A stretch of DNA of 64,000 bases from Psammoneis japonica (Eukaryota), in NCBI GenBank assembly GCA_008632985.1, contig QPGO01000033.1, forward strand, positions 1 to 64,000, in the 5' to 3' direction. Of the stretch, positions 1 through 11,491 are shown piece by piece. The translations under genes were made by a program, and so were the position numbers. Every line of letters starts with the position of its first letter. Position 1 is the stretch's first letter. Below the pieces are notes generated by a model. That model made no database searches. It was not told where the DNA came from and saw only the letters and a list, made by a program, of their open reading frames with translations.

Positions 1-1569
1 AGGAAGAGAACTTCCCTATGTGGTATTCCGATGTCATTGTCCTTAGCGAGATGATTTCGTACTATGATATCAGTGGGTGCTACATTCTTCGTCCCTGGTC
101 TTACAAGATTTGGGAGCTTGTGCAGGATTGGTTCAACCCCAAGGTATGTTGTCGCTTTTGCGTTTCGCTCGCTCGTACGTCTTTTTCTTTTCGTACGTGT
201 CTTACCTTTCTGTACTTTTCAGATTCGCGCGTTGGGTGTTGAGAATTCGTACTTTCCTCTCTTTGTGTCGCAAGACCGACTTGAGAAAGAAAAGGATCAC
301 GTTGAAGGATTTGCTCCTGAGGTTGCATGGGTAACAAAGTCCGGCGAGGATACGTTGGCCAAGCAGATTGCTATCCGTCCAACGTCTGAGACAATCATGT
401 ACCCCGCCTTTTCGGATTGGATCAAGTCTCATCGTGACTTGCCGCTCAAGCTCAATCAGTGGAGTAATGTCGTTCGATGGGAATTCAAGGACCCTACTCC
501 ATTTTTGCGTTCCCGTGAGTTTCTGTGGCAGGAGGGCCATACGGCTCATGTGGACCACGCTGATGCGGACGTCATGGTAATGCAGGCGCTTGAGTTGTAC
601 CGAGGAGTGTATGAAGATCTCTTGGCTGTCCCTGTCATTAAGGGATACAAGACCGAGAAGGAGAAGTTTGCTGGTGGACACCAAACGACTACAGTCGAAG
701 CCTACATTCCCATGTCTGGACGTGCCATTCAAGGGGCGACATCTCACAATTTGGGACAGAACTTTGGTAAAATGTTTGACATTACGTTCCAAGACGATGC
801 TGGAAAAACACAGATCGCATGGCAAACATCTTGGGGACTTACTACGAGGACAATTGGTGTCATGGTCATGGTGCATGGAGATGACGCTGGACTTGTGATG
901 CCTCCTGCCGTCTCTCCTCTCCAGGCCGTTATCGTTCCTATTGTCAGTAAGAAGTTGTTATTGGAGGACGCGGCTCCCTATTGTGATAAGATCCTTGGCG
1001 ACCTGAAGGCGTTGGGTATTCGTGCCAAGTTTGATGACCGCACCATGTACAATCCAGGATGGAAGTACAATCACTGGGAACAGAAGGGTGTGCCAGTCCG
1101 TATCGAAGTCGGACCTCGTGATATCGAGCAGAATCAAGCCCGCGTTGTCATTCGCTACAATGGACAAAAGATTGACCTCCCAGTCGACACACTAGCGTCT
1201 ACCATATCTACAAAGCTAGATGAGATCCAGGTTGCCATGTTTGCAAAGGCCAAGGAGACTCGTGACAAGCACCTGGTGCAGGTGACAGATTGGAAAGACT
1301 TTGTGCCCAACCTAGAGATGAACAATCTCGTCTTGACTCCGTGGTGTGGCGGTGAACACCAGGACTGGGAGGAATGGGTCAAGGAAAAGAGTCGCGAAGA
1401 GAGTTTGGCTGCTCGCGGAGAAGAAGGCGAGGATGAACGTACCGCCACATCAGTCGCCGCTAAGACTTTGTGCATTCCATTTGATCAGCCCGAGCTTCCT
1501 GAAGGAACCAAATGTATTGCAAGCAACTTGCCAGCTACGTGCTGGGTCCTTTGGGGACGTTCATACTAA
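1..1569 (+). CDS. PARS1: Cytosolic prolyl-tRNA synthetase, 5'-partial; intron 144..222
   Basis: Class IIa ProRS motifs [57 protein letters not shown] and the C-terminal GRSY. A GT..AG intron at 144-222 joins the 18..242 and 64..1569 frames. Confidence 0.96.
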
Positions 1570-1902
1570 GAAAGACGTTCTTTTGGTGGATTGGAATGCA
1601 CAACGCTGGGCCGTATTGTGCTGTAAAGTATGTTGCCGTTATAGATACCTATTGCACTGTGCTTTAGCTTGCGTGTAAATGCAGATTGATCGCTAGCGTC
1701 AGGCACAGCATCAAGCTCATCGAGTTCCAGAAAATTTCTTCGAAAGGCATCGATTTTTCTTATTTTATTAGGTTGATCATCAGCTGTTCCGGTGCCTCCA
1801 AATAGTAATTATACATGGTATTGCGTTTTTTGTTCAGGGTCACATATCCAATCCCAATCGTATGGCGCATACATTTCTTAGCGCCTTCAGAAGATTTCAC
1901 GT

Positions 1903-2430
1903 TCAAAGCAACAAAAGTTTAGGATCTTCGCCGTCGTCGTTGCCGTCTTCATCGTTGCTGCTAGCATCATCAAAGATTAAGAGTTGCGAATCCGAATTTC
2001 CCGCCTCGGAAGCAGACGCCTCCCAAGCCGCATCATCTCCTTCATCGTCGTCTGCTGCCGCCCTTTGCCAATCCTCATCGGACGCTCCTGCATTTTGGGA
2101 CTCCAACATGCCTAGTTTGGCCAGTTCTGCACGTCTCCGTGATGCCTCGAGAAAGGCTGATTCGGACGTTGGATACTTGCTGGCGAGTCCTTGCATCTGA
2201 TTATCTAAATTATCCAGAACCAAACCCTGCTCTTCGCTTTCATCTTGGTCAGTTTGTTCATTCTGGTTATAATCACTTTGACTGGAGCTGACAGCAACGA
2301 CACGTGTGCCAAACATACGATGATTCCGCAACAAATTTGTTGGAATCGCTCTGTTCGTGCACACGGAGAACGATGCCACTGGAGAAACAAGGACGACCAC
2401 CACCAGAATTAGAGAAGCCGCAGCTTTCAT
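1903..2430 (-). CDS. Hypothetical protein with signal peptide and ASF-type plastid transit peptide, acidic C-terminus
   Basis: Starts MKAAASLILVVVVLVSPVASFSV, a bipartite presequence pattern. Open frame to the stop at 1903. TpA content is normal. Confidence 0.7.
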   Translation of the reverse strand: MKAAASLILVVVVLVSPVASFSVCTNRAIPTNLLRNHRMFGTRVVAVSSSQSDYNQNEQTDQDESEEQGLVLDNLDNQMQGLASKYPTSESAFLEASRRRAELAKLGMLESQNAGASDEDWQRAAADDDEGDDAAWEASASEAGNSDSQLLIFDDASSNDEDGNDDGEDPKLLLL

Positions 2431-3216
2431 TTTATGAAAGAAGGAAAGACGTTGTCTTGCTGTTTTGATGCTCTCAGTTTTCTTTGCCTCCCTACCGTAG
2501 CTGCTTAGGGGTTGAGGGTTGATTGATGATTGATTGAATTGGAAGATGGCAGCAAAACGGTTCAGTTCGTTGATGGCGGGAAAAACGTCAGAAAAATTTG
2601 AAACGAACCCGGAGGAAAAAACCGTTGAGCCGACGACGTGCGGACGATTTGGCGCGCCCAAAATAAATCGAATCGTCTCGCCACTCGTACGGCACGTACT
2701 CGCCATCGAGCTCGCGACGATCTGGAACCGAGAATTCAAGACTCTGCTCAGAAGCACCAAACCATGGACCATGGCGTTCAGCAGCAACTGGCAGTGAACC
2801 ATCTCAAGCATTTGCACTGCAAAAAAGAAATGTCTTCTCCCCGTGCTCTTTGTGCGACTCCCAGGAAGGTCGCTGGTGGTTCCACACGATGTGCAAGCCT
2901 CAAGAACCGCCACGCACAATGTGGGTCAAAATCTCTGGTCTTAGAAGGGTTTTGTTCCAGGACACAAACACTGGTGTTGCAAGTTTCCTGACCAATGATG
3001 AAGCAGCAACAGAGAAGACACGGCTGGCAATGTGGAGGCACCAGACGAGAGCCGCTGCTCAAGTCTCTTGGAGGGCGAACAGATCATTGCGGCAAAGTTG
3101 ACAGCAGCAGGTTGCTGCTGCTTTGATGCTTTGATCTTCAATCACCTCCCGCACCCCCGTCAGATCTCTGCATCCAGCTGCAGTGCCGCTGAGCCCCCGT
3201 TTGCCCACAAGATGCT

Positions 3217-3492
3217 TGACAGGATTTGAACAGGATTTGGGTGCGCGCGAAATGTCGCGCGCTGTTTAGTTCACCGCGCACAGTTTTGTGTGCTTTAGTT
3301 CCGCGCGTTCGCGCACGATGTGGTTTGCTTTCGAGCCACAAGGCTCACAAGAACAACAACAGCAGCCCGATTGTGCCGACTTGCACGTCTTTCGGCTCCT
3401 GCAACGGTCTCTGAGCGGAGACTCATCTGCCATTTAGACAGCAGTGAGGAGTCATTGTTTGAATTCTTGCCATTTGCCTTCAATTTCTGTCA
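3217..3492 (+). repeat. 5' LTR of Copia copy 1
   Basis: Direct repeat of 9011..9286 with TG..CA ends. Confidence 0.97.
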
Positions 3493-4587
3493 GATTGACA
3501 GTCTTGCTCATTGTCAACCCATTGAGCAACCGCCATCGTCATCGTTGATTTACCGACGACGCCACTTCAATTCTGCGTGGACCTCCGTGTGTGTTCTACA
3601 TGCATCGGCAAGTCCACGCGCGTTCAATGCCAGGCATCGGCAGGAATTTAACGTCACCGTCAAGTCTCCTTGCCGCTGGATGTCTGGATTGATCATGCTG
3701 CCTTTGATCGCTGAAGACACACATCAACGGTCATGTCCAAGTCTGTCCTTGATCCTCATCCCTTGACACACCCATTCATCGGTTAACGGTCAAGAACCCT
3801 GCATGTTCAAGGATCTTCGTCGCTGAAGACACACATGTGTGCACATCTTCACGGCCAAGAACTTGTGCCCACTCTTCGGACTGCGGTTTTGCTGCCACTC
3901 TACAAGCACACCGAGTCCATTGCACCTGATCTGCCCCGGACTGCTGGTGCTCTGCAGATCTGCCAGGTCCACGAGGACAACTGTGAGAGCAAGCAGCCGT
4001 GGTTGCAGCCTGCGTTGGGGCGAGGGTGCTTTCCCGCGTTTGTTCATTCGTCCACAGTGCCTGACGCCTGCGTCAACTGGCCAGCCTGATCGGGAAATCC
4101 AACCAACATAAAATGAGAACGGTTCGGGGGTCTTGTCCACCTCTGGTCAGCTTGCCTGCAGGGGTTTACAACCCACTGCTCCGCTCGCAAGCAACCCAAA
4201 GCACCGCTGGCTGCGGGTTCGGACATGCCGGCACAACTCTACGGACCGGACAGGAAGTTTAGCACTTGACAACGAACGGGACAGCACAGCCCGGCGACTT
4301 CTGATTTTAAGGCAGTTCAAGATTTCAAGTCAAGTCCATTTCAAGTCAAGTCTGTTCTCACCCAAGTTTCAAGTCTGCCTTTGCTTCCCAACAAGAATTG
4401 CTTGTCCTGACACCACTTTTGTCCACCATGGTTCTCACTCGTCAGCAACAAACCGATGGTTTCGAGCACGTTGTTGGAACCGTGCTTGCCCAAGGTGCTG
4501 GGAGCCCTCTTCGTTTGGCTTTGACACAAGACGGCACGGACTCGCATCAAGAACTGTTCACGTTCACACCGTCCCAAATCGACTCGC

Positions 4588-7500
4588 TTGAGTGCGACAA
4601 CGGACCAATGGAAACGTCTCCCTCCCGACCACCAACGGATTTGGGATTCGTTGCCCCATTCCTCCAAGGCGATCATCCTTGAGCATTCTCGTCCGCCTCC
4701 CCGCAACCTGCGAGCCAGCAACTGCCATGAGTCCATTGCGGCCAACCTTCATGACCAATGCCTTGGGAGTGACGGTGATGTCAACTTGTCCAACACGACT
4801 CCTGCTGACTCTGGTGACTCCGCTCCAAGTGTGGATGCCACTTCGGATGGTCCCATCCTGGCGCACCTCACCAAGCGCAAGCCACTGCCACCCGGTGATC
4901 TGCAACGTCTGTTGTCTCCTAACCAAGCCCCCAACGCCAGTCGACCGGGGCCATCTGCCGCTCCCTCTGCCCCGCCAGCTTCTGCCCATGACACAGAACC
5001 CAATGGCCGCACTTGCCGTCGCATTGACAACCACAATGTCATTTGCTCTGCCTCTGCTCATCGCTCCACACGCACTGGTGCTCCAGTCGATCGTGGGGCC
5101 AACGGCGGCATTGCTGGCGACGACGTTCGCGTCATTGCACGCACCTCTCGCCAAGTCGACGTTCAGGGCATTGACGACCATCAATTGGTGGACATCCCTG
5201 TTGTCACCGCGGGTGCCGTCATTGAGACCCAGCGTGGTCCCGTCATCTCCATCCTCCATCAGTGCGCATGCACGGGCAAGGGCAAGACAATCCATTCCTG
5301 CGGCCAGCTCGAGTGGTGCAAACAGGATGTCAATGATCGCTCTGTCAAGGTGCCCAATGGCTTGCAACGTGTTGCCACTCCTGATGGCTGTGTCATCCCC
5401 ATTGACATCAAGGGCGGCCTGCCTCATGTTGCCATGCGACCTTGCACTGATGCCGAGTGGGACACCCTGCCCCATGTCATCCTCACCGGTGATGACACAT
5501 GGGATCCTTCCGTCCTCGATCACTCTGTCACTGATGACGACCAGTGGTGCGACGCGATCTCTGACCCACAGGACGATCCCACTGCCAACCTGTTTGACGA
5601 ATGCGGCAACTGCTGTCATCGTGTCGTTGTCAACGAGACCATCATGTCCGCTTCCTTGTCTGCCGATCACGCGTCTGCCCTCGATGATCACCTCATTCCG
5701 AACAACGACGTGTTCTGCGAGTGTCATCTGCACGCTGTTGACCCCAAGGATGATGACGTTCCGCCCCCGGAGCGCACTGTGCAGCCCAAGGACCCCCCCT
5801 TCGAGTCTCTTCGGCCTCACTTTGGCTTCCCACCTGCCGATGCGGTCCATCGCACTTTTGACTGCACCACGCAGTGCGTCCGCATGCCCGCCAGCACACA
5901 CCTTAGGAAGGCCCACAAATCACCCAACCCCGCCCTTAATGTGCACCGCCGCAACGAGCCTGTCGCCACTGACACCATTTGTGCCGACACCCTGGCCATC
6001 GACTCTGGTTGCACCAGCGCCCAACTGTTTGTTGGCACCGAGTCCACCGTCACTGACGTCTGTGGCACCAAGACGGACAAGGAGTTTGTCAACACACTCG
6101 AGGATCAGATCCGTGAGCATGGTGCCCCATCCAAACTCATTGGCGACCGTGCTCAAGTTGAGATCAGCAACAAGGTGCTCGGGATTCTACGAGCCCTCTT
6201 CATCTCCAGCTGGCAAAGTGAGCCTCACCAGCAACACCAAAACTTTGCCGAGCGTCGACACCAGACCGTGAAGCACATGGCGAACACTGTCATGGATCGT
6301 TTCGGTTCGCCTGCCCACACATGGCTGCTGGCGCTCATGTGCGTGTGCTTCATGCTCAACCATGCAGCGTCCCCACATCTCCACTGGCACACACCCCTCG
6401 AGACTCTCACTGGCTCCACCCCGGACATCAGCCCATTGCTTCGCTTTCACTGGTGGGAACCCGTGTGCTTCCACCTCGATGACTCCGATTGGCCATCCGA
6501 ATCCCGTGAGTTGCGTGGACGCTTTGTTGGCATTGCTGAGCACGTCGGCCACCAGATGACCTTCAAGATTCTCTCTGATGAGACTCAGAAGATCCTCTGC
6601 CGGTCCAACGCACGATCTGCTGCCACCGATCCTGCCGTTCGAAACCTGCGTCTTGATCCTCCTGATGGGGAGCCACCTGAACCCATCATCAAATCTCGCC
6701 ATGACGACAACCCCGTCGATTCTCCTGATGGGGAGATCAGGACACCCAAGATGCCAGTTTTTGATCCGCAAGACATCATTGGATGCACCTTCCTCATGCA
6801 GCCACAAGAGGACGGACAATGCCACAGAGCTCGCATCGTCAAGGCCGTCGAAGACCACGAATGGAAAGTGAACGGCAATCCCGAGCTCACCAAGTTCGTC
6901 TGCTCTGTCAACAACGACGAATGCGAGGAAGTCCTTGCCTGCAACGACATCATGAATCACATTGAGCAAGAAGACGAAGACACTGCTGTTTGGAAATTTC
7001 GACGCATTGTGTCACACGAAGGACCTCTGAAGCCTCATGACCCAACCTGGAAAGGCTCAAGCTACAACATCATGCTTGAATGGGAAAGTGGGGAGATCAC
7101 GTCCGAGCCTCTTGCCATCATCGCCAAGGACGACCCCGTCACCTGCGCCATCCATGCACGAGAGAACGGACTTCTCGACACTGATGGCTGGAAGCGGTTC
7201 CGCACCATCGCGAGGCGCCAGAAGAAGCTATTTCGCATGGCCAACCAAGCCAAGCTTCGCTCCTTCCGCACTGCACCTCGCCACAAGTGCGGATGCGAAG
7301 TTCCCCGGAACTGCAAACACGCCATGTCACTGGACAAACGCAATGGCAACCGCAAATGGGGAGACGCAACTAATCTCAAGATGGACCAACTCGGGGAATA
7401 CGAAGTCTTCCATGACTGCGGGCCCTTCGAGTCTTCCACTCCTCCTGCTGGACACAAGAAGATCCGAGTGCACCTGGTGTACGACGTGAAACACGACGGT

Positions 7501-9010
7501 CGCCACAAGGCATGACTCGCAGCCGATGGGCACCTCACGGACGTGCCCATCGACAGTGTCCACTCCGGAGTAGTCTCCCTCCGTGGCCTTCGGCTGATGA
7601 TTTTCCTGGCCGAACTCAACGAGTTGGAGACGTGGGCCACCGACATTGGCAATGCCTGCCTTGAAGCCACCACCAAGGAGAAGCTCTACATTGTGGCCGG
7701 ACCCGAATTTGGCAAACTCGAAGGACACATCCTTGTCATCCACAAGGCCCTGTGTGGACTGCGCAGCTCCGGTCTCCGCTGGCACGAGCGCTTCACCGAC
7801 TGCCTGCGAGCTGAAGGCTTCTTCCCCTGCCACGCCGAACCCGACATTTGGATGCACAGGAACGGCGACCACTGTGAACACATTGCCGTTTATGTGGATG
7901 ACCTCGCCATTGCTGTGAAGGACCCTCAATCTTTCATCGATGCTCTCACGGAAAAGTGCAAGTTCAAGCTCAAGGGCACGGGACCCATTGAGTTCCATCT
8001 GGGTTGCGACTTTTCCCGGGATCCCGACGGCACCTTGTGCCTGTCTCCGCGCAAGTACATCGAGCGCATGGTCGACAGCTGCACCCGACTGTTTGGGGAG
8101 AAACCCACCACCAACGCCCTGTCACCTCTGGAGAAGGGTGACCACCCCGAACTGGACACTTCTGAACTGCTGGAGCCCAATGGCATTCACAAGTTCCAGT
8201 CTCTTGTTGGTTCACTCCAATGGGCAGTGTCCCTTGGTCGAATTGACATTGCCACGGCCGTCATGTCACTCTCCAGCTTCCGAGCTGCACCCCGTCAAGG
8301 CCACTTGGATCGTGCCAAATGCGTCTGTGGGCACCTCTCCAAGATGCGACACGGAACTCTCCGCGTTCGCACGGAAGAGCCCGACTGTTCGGATCTCCCT
8401 GCTCTGGCCTGTGAATGGATGCATTCCATGTGCGGCAAAGCAGAAGAGATGATCCCGAAGGATGCTCCACCGCCCCTTGGCAAGTTCATCACTGCCACCC
8501 ACTACGTCGATGCAAACTTGCACCATTGCATGCTCACCGGACGCTCTGTCATGGGAATGCTCCACTTCCTCAACAAATTCCCGGCTGATTGGTTCTCTAA
8601 GAAGCAAGCCACCGTGGAGACTGCGACCTGCGGGTCTGAATTTGTTGCCGCAAGGACTTGTGTCGAACAGATTGTCGACCTGCGCATCACCCTGCGCCAC
8701 CTTGGCGTCCCGATCCGCAATGTCAGTTGCATGTTCGGTGACAACAAGTCGGTTGTAGACAGTGCCACCATCCCGCACTCCAAGTTACACAAGCGACACA
8801 CCGCACCATCGTTCCACCGTGTGCGTGAGGCGATTGCCTCTGGTCACCTTGAGTTCCACTTCATCGAAGGCTCCCACAACCCTGCTGACATTCTCAGCAA
8901 GCATTGGGGTCACTCCCAAATCTGGGACCTTCTCCGCCCCCTCATGTTCTGGAACTTCATTCCATCCGAAGTCGAATCTGTTTCTGTGACTCCTCAAGCA
9001 AACTGGGGAG
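4588..9010 (+). pseudogene. Copia pol (protease, integrase, RT, RNase H) with an in-frame TGA at 7513-7515
   Basis: Protease VDRGANGG. Integrase region SEPHQQHQNFAERR. RT ATDIGNA, LCGLRSSG and YVDDL. RNase H GDNKSV and NPADILSK. The stop replaces the Arg of KARL (CGA->TGA). Confidence 0.93.
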
Positions 9011-9286
9011 TGACAGGATTTGAACAGGATTTGGGTGCGCGCGAAATGTCGCGCGCTGTTTAGTTCACCACGCACAGTTTTGTGTGCTTTGGTTCCGTGC
9101 GTTCGCGCGCAATGTAGTTTGCTTTTGAGCCACAAGGCTCACAAGAAGGACAACAGTGGCCCGATCACACCGACTTGCACGTCTTTCGGCTCCTGTGATG
9201 GTCTCTGAGCGGAGACTCATCTGCCATTTAGACAGCAGCAAGGAGTCATTGTTTGAATTCTTGCCATTTGCCTTCAATTTCTGTCA
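9011..9286 (+). repeat. 3' LTR of Copia copy 1
   Basis: Follows the PPT and is followed by TSD ATGCT. Confidence 0.97.
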
Positions 9287-11491
9287 ATGCTGCTGCAATT
9301 TTTGACACATTTCCCAGCGGTGGCATTGTTTTTCATGTCATCCAATGGCCCTTTGGGCACATTGTAGAACCTGCCACACGCATTGGTGTCAGCAAAGGAT
9401 CTTCTCAGGCAACTTTCTTTCATGTGGCGGTTGTTGTCCAAAAGAGAACGGCAGTTTTGGAGGGAAATCACAGAGCAAATCTCAGTTTTGGGATGCCCTC
9501 AAAAAGACACAGCACCATGCAATCATGCACAGGGTGTTGCATTGATTGCTGCTGTGATCCTGAGGCTTAACAAGATTCTGTCACAGTCGCATCAAGCTGC
9601 TTGATTGATTCCTGTGCACGCCGTCCAGTGCACAAGGAAGTGCTCGATGTTGCTGTTGTCACAGCTGATCTTGCCGTTTCAAGGGGATCTCTGGGAAATT
9701 TTTGTCATGTGGAATTCTGTCGGGTCACAGAGCTTCTTGAAACCTGCATGAGTGCATGCTTTTGGGGTGTTGCAGCCATGTGGCTTGAGTTCATGGACAA
9801 ACCAGAAATTCCAAAGGAGCTGCAGATGGCGCACACAAGGCAACAATGCCGGGTCTTGCCTTCAAGCCGGCATCAGATTGTGCTCTCTCTGAACAGTGCT
9901 GCGTGAAAGCATTGTTTTGCACAAAAGAGTTGTCAGACGCAGCAACGATTTAGTTGAATCTGCTGTGTCTGCACTTTTTTGAAGACAGGTGGGATTCAGG
10001 ATGCCACTGGGGGTGATGTGCGCCACGACAAATCAGAGCAGTGCCTCTGGGGGCTCTTTCAAGATGTGGATTGCCTGTTTGCTGCCCATGGTCTTGAGGA
10101 CTTGTCACCCCCTGCTGTCACTTTTTCAAAGCACCTGAAACTGCACCTCCAGAGATCTGCCAAGGCACATTGTGCTTTGGTTGATGCAACGAGAACGGAT
10201 TCTGTGCAGACATTTTGGTCCAAGTTGGGATCCTGTTTGGAGCCACACAAGGATCCTTTTGCATTTCTCATTTCTGTTCTGTGGGTTGGAAGAAAGGGCT
10301 TCTAAAGAGATGCTTGTGAGATTGTTTTGGAGTGCAGGGATCACAGACATGTTCTTTTCTCCCAGTGCTTTCATCCAGGACACAATTTGACAGAGAATCC
10401 TGTGGGCTCTTGTCTGTGCAAGACAGTGGTTTGCTGCTCAAGGGGTTGTCAATGAACTTGACAGGATTTGAACAAGAGCTCAGTTTGTCACGCACAGTTG
10501 TGTGTGCTCTCAGTTCTGCGCGCAATGTGCCGTGCAGTTTGCTTTTTTTTACAACAACAACAACAGCACCGAGCGATGTCACGACACCAGTCTTTCGGCT
10601 CCTGTGATGGTCTCTGCATGGAGACTCATCTGCTGTTTAGACAGCAGCAAGGAGTTGTTGTTTTCTTCCACCCAGTCATCTTCAATTTCTGTCAGATCAA
10701 CAGTCTTGCTCATCTTCATCCATTGAGCATTCATCATCGTCATCGAGAACAATTTGTGCACCGTTGGCAGTGGAAGCACACACACACCTGCCTTCTTCAC
10801 TGTTTGGTTTTGTCCAATGCCTTCCGTCGTTGGGTGTGTTTGTTCAACAGACATTTGTTTGGTCAGGAATTCCCGAACTCTCAGACATCCGAGATCCCGG
10901 ATTCCCCGTGGCAGATTCTGTCTTGGTTGGCAGACAGACCAATCCATCCGCTCGCATTCACGCACACACAACACAAACCCTTGACTCTGGCCCTGCTCCA
11001 TGCATGCCCAGTCTGCCGCCTCACATCTGCACCAGATCACTGGTCTTCTACAGTCCTGCAAGGTCCACGAGGACAACTGTGAGAGGAAGCAGTTTGTGAT
11101 TGCAGCCTGCATTGGGGCGAGGGTGCATTTCCCACGTTTGTTCATCCCTCCACAGCACCAAATTTGGCCGGCCTGATCGGGTTGTCCAACCAATGTAAAA
11201 TGAGAACGGTTTGGAGGTCTTGCCCACCTCTGGCCAGCTTGTCAGCAGGGGTTTTTAGCCCGTCACTCCGCTCTCAGGCAACCCAAAGCGTCGCCGGGTT
11301 CGGACGTGCCGGCACAACTCTGAAGACTGGACAGGAAGCTTGGCATTTAACTGCAAACAGGACATCACAGCCTGGTGGCTTCTGACTTGCAAGACAGTTC
11401 AACACTTCAAGTCAAGATTCAAGTCAAGTTTCAAGTCATTTCAAGCTCACCCTCCAACTCCAGCCAGCCCCGACACCCACCCATTTGCAAC

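Larger units (their letters stand above)
3217..9286 (+). mobile_element. Ty1/Copia (CoDi-like) LTR retrotransposon, copy 1, gag-deleted, non-functional
   Basis: 276-bp LTRs at 3217..3492 and 9011..9286 with TGACAG...CTGTCA termini. 5-bp TSD ATGCT at 3212-3216 and 9287-9291. PPT GGGGAG at 9005-9010. Domain order PR-IN-RT-RH. Confidence 0.97.

Noticed and set aside
4588..9010. Alternative genetic code (TGY/CAY read as Tyr) or TGA readthrough in the transposon ORFs
   Set aside because: Host genes use normal Tyr codons. The same site goes to Cys in one copy and His in the other, non-coding repeats show the same change, and the TGA at 7513 is a CGA->TGA decay.
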